Positions 1 through 12,276 of a stretch of 64,000 nucleotides of DNA are shown here, one piece after another (the stretch's first letter is position 1; every line of letters starts with the position of its first letter). A program made the translations under genes and the position numbers. The stretch comes from Priapulus caudatus (taxonomy: Eukaryota), in contig NW_014577076.1 in assembly GCF_000485595.1 (NCBI RefSeq), positions 744,727 to 808,726 of the forward strand, in the 5' to 3' direction. Under the pieces are notes generated by a model. That model made no database searches and was not told the DNA's origin. It saw only the letters and a program-made list of their open reading frames with translations.

Positions 1-391
1 CTTCGTGTGTGGTGCGTGTGCGTTGCGTGCTGCGTGTTGCGTGTGGTGTACTTGTGCGTGCGTGCGTGCTGAGCGTGCGTGTGCGTTGTGCGCGTGCGTT
101 GTGCGCGGTGCGTGCGTGCTTGTGTGTGTGCGCGCCGTGTGCGTGTGCGTATGTGTGTGTATATATACGCCACGCACCCTCCCTATATATATATATGTGT
201 GTGTATTTATACGCACGCACCCTCCCCTATATATATATATATTATATATATACGCACGAAAGCGCACGAAAGCGCACGAAAGCGCACACACGCCTACATA
301 TCGGAATGTGTTGATCAGCAGCACCCAAACACCGATCATTCCTAATTTCTGTTACTTCATATCAAGAGTACATAATAGAGATCTCCTATAT

Positions 392-465
392 ATGCCGTGT
401 AATGCGGGGAGGTAGTGACGAAGCGAATGCCGTGTAATGCGGGGAGGTAGTGACGAAGCGAATGC
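392..465. repeat. 35-bp minisatellite (GCGAATGCCGTGTAATGCGGGGAGGTAGTGACGAA), about 2 units
   Basis: Direct tandem copies; the same unit recurs at 3223-3349. Confidence 0.9.
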
Positions 466-2240
466 ATGTGTCGTGACGTGTAAACTATGTTGGCAGTGCA
501 AGCTGCGGTAGATAGAATAGATAGAGTAGAATGAAAGAGAGAGAAAAAGCGAAAACAGATATGGCGAATAGAATGAGCGAGAGAGAGAGAAAGTGAAAGA
601 GAAAGACACACACGCACACACACACGCACGCACGCACGCACGCATGCACACACAACACACGCATGTACGCAGACTCCCTCCCTCCCTTCCATCTCCTCAC
701 TGCATCACTCTCTTTCTTATCCACCTCATCATCTTCCATCTCTCTCTCTCCGTCCTTCGCCTACTCCTTCGCTCTCCCTATCTCTTTTTGCCTCTTACTT
801 TATGTCGCTCACAATCTGCTGAGCATGATGTAGAGTCGGTTTTCAGGTGCCACCAGGTTTCGCGCTTGTGTCAGAGTCAAGTTTGCACTTTATTTCGTAA
901 GGGCAACTAACGTGAAAATTCTTTGCGGATAAATTCTGCAGTAAACGTCGCTAGGTGAAGCTGCGAGTACATTTAATGTAGGCTCAGATAGCAGGTTTAA
1001 GTTAAGTTACACCACATATCGGAGGTGAACCCGTGTAGATATCATGCGTAGCCGTCATATGTGCACGAGTCTATGTGTAAATTTAGGTAATGCTGGATAG
1101 CATTTTATGGGCCGCTCTGTAGAACAGACAGACAACTATATTTTTTTGCCAGTGGCACACATACTATATGGTTACATACATGTATTTTACCAGTAAAGAA
1201 GTCCGTTTGACATCGCCAGCTTGTGTTGGTTTCGCGGCGGGGACACACCTGCAAATAAGGAATCCGTTAAGAAAAGGGGCTAGTGGCTTGATAATTACCT
1301 TCATGGGAACACTTGCGAATTCTTGAGGACGAAAAGGACGAAGCTGCACGTAGTTGCTAATCCATCACATCATAAATAAGGCCGCGTCGAGAAACGCAAC
1401 ATCAAAGGCTGCCGCGGTTTGCGTGAAGCTAGACAGACGCCGAGGTAGATAAAACGTCCGCGTGCATGGTCACTACTCGATGTTTTCCCTGCCTCTGTAC
1501 AGAATCTTTAATATCTAGAAAAAGCGGTATTTTTTTTAAGTGTGAAGCCATTTCGCGTGTGTAAGTGCCTGCGTACGTGTACATGCTGGTGCGTACGTAC
1601 GTGCATGTGCCAGAGTTTTCTAGTGTATAATTTATACGCGCAAATGGCGCAGGCAATACACGCACACTCGCGCGAACCGCGTGCACAATGTGTTTACTTG
1701 TAACAAACTTTTACGCCAATTGTGCATATATATGCACAATTCTGGCGCATTTTACGGATTCGCGACGGATTACAATTTTTTTGCGTTTTCACTTTAACCC
1801 GTCCGTACTGCGTACGTCTTTTTGGATCGTGAGGTAGCGGCGCTGTCCTGTGAAGTTGATATCGTTGTTCGTATATTTGTTGTGCGCGCGCTGGCGAGCG
1901 AGGCGCGGGCTCCGTCTGTAGCCGCGGGCGACCCAGCGTGAATCACCAACGCAAATGTTGTCCTTCCCTCTCCACGTCCCCGAAATTAGCGGCTGAAGTA
2001 GTTGTTTTTCGTCGTGGTCAGTCGGTGGGAGTTATTTTTACGCGCGCCTGTAATGGCGGGGTTGCATTTGTCGATGGAGACGATGTATTTCATGGACATT
2101 GAGCGATGGTGGTGAGTGGGACACAATCTAAAGTAAGAGTCAGACTGATGCAGACATGGAGAGAGAAATACAAAAAGAAAAGATACAAGAATGCGAGAGA
2201 GGGCGAGCGAGAGAGAGAGAGAAAGAGAGAGAGAGAAAGC

Positions 2241-2332
<92 letters not shown>

Positions 2333-2714
2333 ACTATTTGCTATCGTGCGGTCGCTGTGCCCTGGATGCGGGGTGGTGTGGACGTGTTTGTTCGTCACCT
2401 TCTCTCATGCAGGTCGCACGCGGCGCACACAAACGTAACCAAGTGCGCGCGCAGGAAGCGCGGTGGCAACCATCGCCGCCGTGTGACGCCATCAATCAAT
2501 ACTGTAACGCGTTGGCTGAGAACAAATGAGTGGCGCCCGATGCTTTCAACGTGCTTTAAACGGTTTTCGTGCGTTCTGACATCTAAATCGACTTGTGTAA
2601 CATGACAACGCCGGCGAGCGCTCTCTATAACAGCGAGTACCGCGAGAGTAAACGCGCAATTAACGCGCTGCGAGTTGAAAACCGCATATCCAGAATGAAA
2701 CACGCAGTTACTGA

Positions 2715-2963
2715 CTGCCTGCCCGTCTGCCGGCTTGTCCGCCTGTCTCTCTGCCGGCATGTCCGCCTGTCTCTCTGCCTGCCTGCCTGCCTGTCCGCCT
2801 GTCTCTCTGCCTGCATGCCTGCCTCTCTGCCTGCCTACCTGCATGTCCGCCTGTCTGTCTGCCTGCCTGCCTGCCTCTCTGCCTGCCTACCTGTATGCCT
2901 GCTCGTCTGCCTGCCTGTCCACCTGTCTCTCTGCATGTATGCATGCCTGCCTGCCTGCCTGCC

Positions 2964-3008
<45 letters not shown>

Positions 3009-3035
3009 ATCAGTCAGTCAGTCAGTCAGTCAGTC
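2715..3035. repeat. (GCCT/GTCT/CAGT)n tetranucleotide tract
   Basis: Direct inspection. Confidence 0.9.
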
Positions 3036-3222
3036 TTGTCTTCGCTGCAGTGTGTCTTGGCCTTTAGCGTGTGCATCTGTAGTACGAATTAGTATCCACG
3101 CACCTAGGCAAGCACACAGATATTTTAGTCCACTTTATCACCATGTGTTAGTATCATCAGCATAGCAACGCATTAAAAATTACGCTGTTGCGAGTAAACT
3201 GAAAATTCCCAGGTAAAGCAGG

Positions 3223-3349
3223 CGCGAATGCCGTGTAATGCGGGGAGGTAGTGACGAAGCGAATGCCGTGTAATGCGGGGAGGTAGTGACGAAGCGAATG
3301 CCGTGTAATGCGGGGAGGTAGTGACGAAGCGAATGCCGTGTAATGCGGC
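3223..3349. repeat. 35-bp minisatellite, about 3.5 identical units, running into a gap
   Basis: Identical tandem units with no spacers. Confidence 0.92.
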
Positions 3350-3374
3350 NNNNNNNNNNCACACACACACACAC

Positions 3375-3431
<57 letters not shown>

Positions 3432-3533
3432 TACAGGCAGATGGACGGACGAACGGACGGACGGACGGGCAGGCAGACCGGCATGCAGGCAGGCAGACCG
3501 ACAGACCGACAGGTAGGCAGGCAGACAGGCAAG

Positions 3534-3565
<32 letters not shown>

Positions 3566-5999
3566 CATGCAGACAGAAAGAACCAGGAACAAAAATGTGA
3601 GCGGGAGCGGCAGAGACTGTTTCGTCGTGCTTCGGGCATTGTAATAGCTCCGAGTCCAGAGGCAGCTTTTGCTCGTGCTAAAACTAGCATCTCTGCACTC
3701 TGTTCTCTATGCCCGCAGTTATTGGAACCCGAGCTGTGATATGTAGCAGTGTAACACTGTATTACAGTTCTAGTTCCAAGGCAAAATAGCAAATGCATCA
3801 TGCGCTGGTTATCCGGCAACAGTCACTTTATTACGTGGCAATACTGTTAGGCAGGCTTTCATATAAATGACTCGCAAAAGTAATATCTTTCGATACTTTG
3901 CTGACTCGCCTTTGGCTTATTACTAGAAAAATCATTGCTTGCCATGGGTAGACTACAAATCGTTTGTGATATGAATACTTCCTAAATCCCATGCAAGGCT
4001 GCAGTAGTATGTGCACGTTGTGTACATGCGCCTTAATGGGCGAGTCTTATTCATGGCGGTGTCATCCTCGGTCAGCAAGATACATCCATGACTCGTGTCA
4101 GTCATGATAGTCAACATCTCTGCACAAATCCAGATCTGTTGCTTAGTATTGTAGACAGACTCGCGTGGTTCTGGCAGAGTTCTCCCTAATCAACTTTGCT
4201 TCAACGTGTCTATTGTTTTGCACCTGAGCCCGACGGTGTGTACGTACGTTCTACAAAGTAGTCGGATCACATTTCAAACACAAAAATGGCCAACCGGTCA
4301 CCATGGCTACGCCACTTGACGAAATGTCACAACTACACGACAAGACCAATTTTACTTCTAATGCTTTCTAGGCGTCTACGAGGCATATAACTTGTGATAA
4401 TAATGCAAATTATTACACTCTAGTGCTGAATTTCACCGAAAAAAAGCCAAAAAAGGCCTTTTATAGAGACCAAATAGTGCGGCAATAAACGATGAACAAT
4501 TTGCGAAGGCTTACTGCTGTATGCACTCTTAAAGGAGCAGCCGAGATACGGATCGAGTTGAAATTGTATCTTGTTCTGATGGCGATCGCACCTGGTATCC
4601 ACGGTGACGGTGGCTCGTGTCGGGGCGGGTGCAGCTGTTTTGGGGGGCGGGTGGTCGCAGAGGCCTGCAATTCGATATCGCGCCATAGGATTCTAAGGGC
4701 ACGCAGTCAGTCCGGCACATCCTATTGGTTTCATCGTCTGGTTCATCTCATTATACTGATTCAGCGATTCTAATTTGTGGGTTATGGGTTGTTCCATCGT
4801 ATGCTGATTAAAGTAGTGTACGGAATGCAGTATACCGGTTAGAGCGTATTTGTGTATCGTAATTTTTGCATCAATTGTATGATGTATTACACTGGTTCTG
4901 TCGTATTGATGGCATCATAATGACCTGGTTGCAACATGCTATAGGTGAAGCAGACTGGTTGCAGCATGCTGGGTGCAGCATACTGGGTGCAACATACGTA
5001 GTGCAGTTTACTGTGTGTAGCATGCAGCGTATACATGACTGCATCGTACTCAGCCCAGACATGCTACTGAAGAGGTCATCGTGCAGCAGTTCAATATAGT
5101 GGTATATAACGCAGTGATGTGGCCGCATGCATGCATATACCAGCTACGCGGCGCTGCTGCTCTCGCTCGCTGTTCGATCCTCCTCTGATTTCTCATCTAG
5201 CGTCGCCGTAGCAATTTGAGGAAGATTGCGTGCGCCGCGGCCGCAAATTACGCCTCATTTGGGAACGAGTTTTCTAACCGTGGGTCTGAAGCACTACCGG
5301 CTGTGTTTTTGCGTGTCGTTAGTATCGAGTGCTGGGACCAGCCTTGCCCTTTCGCGTTGTATCCATGCGGAGCGTTGCGTGGTCGAGATGGAGACGCGTG
5401 GTTGGATTTCGGGGTGGGGTGGGGGGTGTCGGGGTTCCCGTGTGTGGTCAGCTGAAAATTTGCCGGAGTTGTGTTCTTTCCGTGGCTGTTTGAACGCTTT
5501 TTGGTCGGTGGATCAGAAGTGCGTAATGACATGTGTTGTTTCGTTTGACTGTCCATGTCTTGGTCAGTTACCTACTTTACTTTATTCGTCATTTTCCTTT
5601 TAAGGGAATTAGTAATAGATTAGATGTTCCGATATATGTAAGAATGATTTTACCTAAAGTTTGGGTGCAATTAGATACTTTTTCAACTATTTATTATATC
5701 ATGTGTGTATGTTTAAATAAATTTATAATCCAATAGTAAAGATCTTTTGCAGGAATACGCTGTTCGTATTAATGGCAATATTCTTCTTTATAACAATATA
5801 TGGTAATATATGCCATGATGGTAATATCTATATAGCCATGTCATAACCATATGTCGTATGTTGTCTTAATGTTACTCATTATAGCTATACCAACCTGGAT
5901 CATCTATAAGCAATGGCACAGAGTAAGAGCGCGCAGTAGAGGTGATAGGGAGTGAATGAGGAAAGGGAATAAGACACACGCACGCACGTACACACGCAC

Positions 6000-6053
<54 letters not shown>

Positions 6054-6512
6054 NNNNNNNNNNNNNNNNNNNNNNNNNNNNNNNNNNNNNNNNNNNNNNN
6101 NNNNNNNNNNNNNNNNNNNNNNNNNNNNNNNNNNNNNNNNNNNNNNNNNNNNNNNNNNNNNNNNNNNNNNNNNNNNNNNNNNNNNNNNNNNNNNNNNNNN
6201 NNNNNNNNNNNNNNNNNNNNNNNNNNNNNNNNNNNNNNNNNNNNNNNNNNNNNNNNNNNNNNNNNNNNNNNNNNNNNNNNNNNNNNNNNNNNNNNNNNNN
6301 NNNNNNNNNNNNNNNNNNNNNNNNNNNNNNNNNNNNNNNNNNNNNNNNNNNNNNNNNNNNNNNNNNNNNNNNNNNNNNNNNNNNNNNNNNNNNNNNNNNN
6401 NNNNNNNNNNNNNNNNNNNNNNNNNNNNNNNNNNNNNNNNNNNNNNNNNNNNNNNNNNNNNNNNNNNNNNNNNNNNNNNNNNNNNNNNNNNNNNNNNNNN
6501 NNNNNNNNNNNN
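6054..6512. other. Assembly gap within a GA microsatellite (other gaps: 3350-3359, 19835-19859, 32429-32874, 34071-34095, 52126-52150)
   Basis: Runs of N. Confidence 1.
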
Positions 6513-6710
6513 AGCACCCAGAGAGACGAGACGACCGCCCCGAGAAGACGAGAGAGAAGAGGAGAGACGAGCAGAGCAGAGAGAGGAGACGAGAGAGAAA
6601 CGCAGAGGAGACGCAGACGAGAGAGAGAGAGACCCGCCCAGAGAGAGAGAGGAGGAGAGAAGAGACGAGAGAGGAAGAGAGAGAGAGAGAGAGACGGAGA
6701 GACGAGGAGA

Positions 6711-6758
<48 letters not shown>

Positions 6759-7705
6759 CACTTTGAATCTACGTTCATCACACTACAGCTCCTAGAGCAT
6801 GTAATTCCATTGCCCAATTTGCTGCATGAGAGAGTGAGAGAGAGACAAAATTAGGTTGAAGAAAACCAGACTAGCAAGTGCGGCAATACAATAACTGAAG
6901 CCGCATGTCATATCTGGTCTGTCCGCACATATACCAGGCATACGATCCGATCTGTCTGTCACACATAAGATTTTCCGATCTGATTATCTGCTCCTCTAGC
7001 CAGTCTGGCCTGTCTAGTACACATAATATGCAGATCATCTACGTATAATTATTAAATAAAGCGAGTAGACGTGGCCATTATAGTTTATCATTGTCATGCA
7101 GTATTTTTAGCAATCTTCGAGATCAATATTCTGATAATTTCTGTCAGGGCATTTGCTCAGTGAGCGTTGCTGCTTGCTGCAGTGCAGCATTCTAGACCTT
7201 CAATGCATATATACCATCTCAATACATGTCTATACAATACTCTCTACCATGTCAATTTGAATTCCGAGATGTCGTACGCTTATAGAGTCCTATGGGTAAA
7301 GGTTTTTTTTATCAAGGAAGTCGGCAGTACCGTGAGAGAATTCGCATTTTGAAGTTCAGAACTAAGGGTATTTATAACGCACGATATAGGTCGAAGTAAT
7401 CGCTAGAAAGGCATACATTATCGAGGTAAGTGATGTATATATTGTGTATATATAGTGTTGTATATATTGTGAAGCACTGAGCGCAGCTTTGTTTTCAGAG
7501 GTTTTGGGCGTTTGGCTATGCATATACGAATTTTCAGAGAGTCACGCAGACCCCTGCTGATGTCACCTCATGTGGTCAAGCACTAAAACAACGAGTATTT
7601 CATGATCACCCCATGCACTCCGGCGTTAATTTCAATAAATTCTTCCTAAATTCCGATATTTGCGAGCCTAATTTGGACGCGCATTTCGTCGCTTGCGTGT
7701 GTTTG

Positions 7706-7753
<48 letters not shown>

Positions 7754-7808
7754 TGTGTGCGTGCGTGTGTGTGTGCGAGCGTGCGTGCTTGTCAGTGTGC
7801 GTGTGCGT

Positions 7809-7886
<78 letters not shown>

Positions 7887-8284
7887 GTGTGTGTCTGCGT
7901 GCGTGCGTGTGCGTGCGTGACTGTGCGCGTACGTGTAAGTGTCCCGTGTGACATTACCGTTGTTCCATCGTATCCGTTCGTTGATTGGAAATCTCACATC
8001 TCCGCGGGCTTTTCGCATCCTTATCTTCTGCCTCCGCAGCTTCCCGCCTGACGCAAGTCTTAGCATGCGGCTCTTACCGGAATTGCACGTAAGCGTGCAT
8101 GGGTCTCGAAACATCAAAGGCGATGCCGCCGACCTATGATTGTAGAATTACTCGGCTATTTGCGGCTCTACAGCTACGTCGGTCGGTGGTCTCGCAATTG
8201 CGTGATAATTTCGCATTTTTGTAGAATTTGTGGATGTCGATGGTTTAGTATTATTTGTTGGTGATTCGATAATTGACAGCATTA

Positions 8285-8525
8285 GTGGCATTTGTAAACA
8301 TTTGTGTAGCATTTGTAAACGTTTGCGTAGCATTTGTATGCATTCGAATAGCATTTGTAAACGTTTGCGTAGCATTTGTAAACGTTTGCGTAACATTTGT
8401 AAACGTTTGCGTAGTATTTGTATGCATTCGAATAGCATTTGTAAACGTTTGCGTATCATTTGTATGCATTCGAATAGCATTTGTAAACGTTAGCGTAGCA
8501 TTTGTATGCGTTCGAATAGCATTTG
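8285..8525. repeat. 21-bp-period minisatellite with two unit types (GCATTTGTAAACGTTTGCGTA / GCATTTGTATGCATTCGAATA)
   Basis: About 11 tandem units, flanked by diverged direct repeats beginning GTCGATGGTT at 8236 and 8531. Confidence 0.88.
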
Positions 8526-10102
8526 CGAGTGTCGATGGTTAATTGATATTTTGTGTGTGACTCGGTAATTGATCGGGCATTTGCTAGACAGTAATAAATA
8601 CTGCGGTCGATGTCAGCGAAGTAGGTGAAACTAGATGGAGCATCATGATATATCTATATTTCCGTAAGCGTGTTAGACAGTGTGTCTTAAATAGCGCTCG
8701 GTGTTTTCTAAAGTTGTAATTAATCGTGTCAACATCTTAGATAAACCAATTACGTACTATTCACACGGCGCGTGCCTACTAGCTCTGTTCAACGGATTGG
8801 CAGGGCAATGATGGCACGGTGTAAGAACCACTTCTTGTGATAAAAACTGCTTTTGTATTAACCTGCTTCTCTTTTATGAAAATCAATAGCTTTTTCTGGA
8901 CATCGTAACTATATTAAATAAAAACGGCCTTTGAAATAATTAGGCACTTTCGTAGTAAAAATCAACAGTTTTTGTACGAGCCTACCACGTTTGTACAAAA
9001 CGCCAGCTTATGCCGTAAAATAAGCTCGACACTTTTGTGTTATTTGGGTACTTGTACATACTACATATGGCATGCACGTGTAGTATGTACCACACACAGC
9101 GACATCTGCGAGTTCTGATAATTCTCGACAGGCGTCAACACAACATATATATCAAGATATACGTAGTCGAAAACATTGGGCTAGGTCGTGTCTTCTGATT
9201 ACTCGAGTGCATGTAGGGCCTGTAGTGAGCCCCTGTATGTATCTGATGTATTCGTGTAGGCTTAGGGCTCTGATTACTGAAGGGTTCCACTCGTAGCTCT
9301 AACCCTGTTGTTATTAATGCTGTGTCGTGATGTCGCCTGACAGGCGTGTAGACAGTAGCTGACGTAACGTGACTGCCCAGTGTAATCCAAACCATTAATT
9401 TTCGCAATCAGGGACCTGAACCGGAGCAAAGGTACATAATGGCATCCATTATTTCGCTGATAATTCCATAGATGTTTGATTAGATCATGCGAGGCAGTGG
9501 CAGACGACTGAATTGCTGGACATTTGTAGAGCAGCAGATGTGTGGTCGGAGCGTGTGTAATGCTGTTAGCTGATGGAAGAAGACCGGACATGCCTCACTG
9601 GCTGCTGTTTACTCGACTCTGCGCTCACCCACCTATGGGATTCTCTTCATCACTGCATGTGCATGTGTCATGGGCACGTACTCTCCTACTTGCCTCTACA
9701 TACAAAATGCATTTATCCAATCCTGCTTCGTAGTTTCTATACGCTGCGTGGATGTCCGTGTCCCTTTATGTCCCATGTTAGTGCACGTTGCCCGCCATTT
9801 CGCCATTCTTGCTTGTTTATCGTTATTTATCTTTTTTATCTTTGTTTATTTTTTGTTACGGTGGCTTGCTGTCTGTCTGAATGAATAACGCTGTCAGTTG
9901 TAACATTAGAGTATTTAGCTTCGATAACTCATCAGCTGGTCATCAGTTTGTTGCTGAATGATGGAAGGAGGACGCGCCAGCTAGTGAAGCCAAGCAAGAG
10001 TATTGATTTCTGCGCTGTGCGTGATATCCTATGCTGCCATAGAGCTTCGATGTTACATTCTCAAACAGTAATTCTCTGTATCTTTGCTGATAGAGATATA
10101 GT

Positions 10103-10205
10103 TTGTTGTTGTTGTTGTTGTTGTTGTTGTTGATGATGTTGTTATTGTTGTCCGTAATGGTGAAGATAACGATGCCGTTGGTAATGATGATGTTGATGAT
10201 GATGA

Positions 10206-10244
<39 letters not shown>

Positions 10245-10340
10245 TGATGGTGGGGGGCGGCTGCTGCTGTTGTGGAGGTGGTAGCGGCGGCGGTGGCGGG
10301 GTGGTGAGGATTGTGATCACGGTTAATCTCGATAATTCCG

Positions 10341-10373
<33 letters not shown>
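10103..10373. repeat. Compound trinucleotide tract (TTG, ATG, ACG, GGC/GGT, ATT)
   Basis: Direct inspection. Confidence 0.9.
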
Positions 10374-10533
10374 TCTAAAGTGGATCACGGCATTAGCCGA
10401 TGTCTTCTGGGTTGACCGTGTTCCTCCTGGGACATAGGGATTCAATCAATAATTTTTCGCAGGATGTGTGCTGTTCCCAGTAGTGCGATTTTCTGCACTT
10501 CTTGGGCAGTGTGGTGGCCAGGGAGTTCCTTAA

Positions 10534-11121
10534 AGGGATCGTTTACTCTAGGTTTTAGGGTTATTTTCAGTTAATTTAGGTTAAAATTACGCTACATAAA
10601 AGGTTTCATGGTTCAATCACCATTAGAAATATTATTAAAGAATGTTTTAAAACTAACGACTACAGTTTGATTACAACGACGGTGGTGCCACTCAAAGCGC
10701 ACGATCTGATAAGTTGCGCAAAACCACTTTTCATCTAAGGGCTACAGACCGAGGGTGTTTCTTATTTATAAATTTAAAAGCAAAAGGATTGTAATATCAT
10801 ATAAACGACATATAGTTTCAGTTATATTATGGATAAATTTGTCCTAAAATGAACATCGGTCGGTTAAATAGCATTTAGGTATGAATATAATTGCACCTTT
10901 ATGATTAGCCCTCGGTCTGTAACCTGCAAAATAAATTGGCAAATACGTAACTTTTTTAGGGTGGCAGCACGGTCGCGGGTGTCATGGCGCCGTTCAAATT
11001 TCGTAGCGTTGATGTGTAATTAATTATAACAATCAAATTAGGTATCTGGTAACAAATACGTGTGGGTATAGACGATTTGTTATACAGTAAGTACAGTTGT
11101 ATGCAGTAAAATCCTAGAGTC
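10534..11121 (+). mobile_element. Non-autonomous DNA transposon (Kolobok-like MITE), copy 1, inserted in the R4 element
   Basis: Begins ttaa|AGGGATCGTTTACTCTAG and ends CTAGAGTC (right terminus appears clipped). Aligns over most of its length to the reverse complement of 35650-36248. Internal IR TACAGACCGAGGG/CCCTCGGTCTGTA. Confidence 0.75.
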
Positions 11122-11294
11122 TCAAAACCCCTTCTTTATAGAGCCAAGGGCTCCAACCACTACTGGCACAATTCTCGTCGTAGTATTCCACATCCTCCTA
11201 ATTTCGATCTCCAGATCTTTGTACTTGGTGAGTTTGTCTCTTTCCTTCACCATGATGTATCATCTGGTACGGCTACGTCAATCAGCAGGCATCG

Positions 11295-11950
11295 TTTTTA
11301 GCTCACATTGACATCGTCTAGATGAGCTATTGCCATGGGGCGTCAATCGGCCGTCCGTCAACATTTGGCTACGGTCAACGATAACTTGAGAACCGTTTGA
11401 CCCACATGTTTCAAATTGCATACAGTTGTTACTCCTATGGGAGAGATGTGAAAGTCCTATTTTGGAGCACGCCAGTTGACCTACTTTCGAGCCACGCCCA
11501 CTTTTTGGCAAAAATGGAAATGGCCATAAGTCAGTTCAGGTTCAACGGATTTTTGCTCATTCTTGGTATGTGAATGAATAAGGGCATGCCCCATTAAATA
11601 ATTCAAATTAGGTAGATTTTTGGCAATTTCACTATGCATTTCAGTGTCTGCCTACGGTCAACGAATTGAACGAACATTTATTTTCGCATCAAAAATTACG
11701 CATATATCATTATCAAGAGTATATAATGGGAGATATGCTATATTATATCGCAACTATATTATATTGAACTCCCATTATATAGCATATCTCCCATTATATA
11801 CTCTTGATAATGATATATGCGTAATTTTTGATGCGAAAATAAATGTTTCAGATAATATAATGGGCGTTCTCCCATATATACTCTTGCTTTATATATCCCA
11901 CCTCCCTCTTCTATCACACCCAAGGTGAGCTACAGTGTCACTGACACTTT
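11295..11950 (+). mobile_element. Helentron-associated interspersed element (HINE/DINE-1-like)
   Basis: 5' TTTTTAGCTCAC...TGAGCTA (subTIR plus IR) followed by CCGTCCGTC; 3' GTGAGCTA plus hairpin AGTGTCA-C-TGACACT then TT; inserted at a T-run within the R4 fragment. Confidence 0.75.
11673..11847. repeat. Perfect inverted repeat, 71-bp arms with 33-bp spacer, inside the HINE
   Basis: 11673-11743 is the reverse complement of 11777-11847. Confidence 0.9.
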
Positions 11951-11994
11951 CATTCTTTCTTGTTGTGGAGCACTATATCAGGGCGGTTTGCAGG

Positions 11995-12053
11995 TAGATA
12001 CAATAATGTAACCGAAACCCCTATACTGGGTTTGGGTTACATTATTGTATCTA
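11995..12053. mobile_element. 59-bp fold-back micro-MITE with 9-bp TSD
   Basis: GTTTGCAGG[TAGATACAATAATGTAACC G AAACCC CTATACT GGGTTT G GGTTACATTATTGTATCTA]GTTTGCAGG; removing it restores the PAN-RPDIV frame of the R4 element. Confidence 0.85.
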
Positions 12054-12276
12054 GTTTGCAGGTATCGTGCGATCTGTCTGCACTGCCATATCTCACGTTA
12101 TGGTAGTATCTCCGATGTTGGTAACTGGTCTCGGGGTATGTTCATACCACATGTCATGCAGGTACTTGCTCACCAAGTTCACTGCAGATTGACCAGTGCA
12201 GACAGCTGGCTACCTTGTTATGGCGGTTTGTGTAGGCCCTACTCGGTTGGGGCCAGCACTGTGCATCCGGCGATGT

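Larger units (their letters stand above)
10374..12275 (-). mobile_element. Decayed 5'-truncated R4/Dong-clade non-LTR retrotransposon (C-terminal RLE domain and 3'UTR), fragmented by insertions
   Basis: Joined minus-strand pieces read IAGCTVLAPTE(Y)TNRHNKVASCLHWSIC..WYEHTPRPV..TDRTIPAN|RPDIVLHNKKE..CLLIDVAVPDD..KERDKLTKYKDLEIEIRRMWNTTTRIVPVVVGALGSIKKG..LKELPGHHTAQEVQKIALLGTAHILRKIID*, with stops and frameshifts. The 3' end abuts (TAA)n at 10341-10373. Confidence 0.88.

Noticed and set aside
1718..1741. 24-bp perfect palindrome AATTGTGCATATATATGCACAATT
   Set aside because: Centred on an AT dinucleotide run with no TSD; too weak to interpret.
3223..3349. 35-bp repeats as a CRISPR array
   Set aside because: Units are contiguous with no unique spacers, no cas genes are present, and the context is eukaryotic.
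9274..9700. THLLLYKCPA as the zinc knuckle of a LINE fragment
   Set aside because: Only a partial motif; the upstream CxxC and RT residues are not recognisable.
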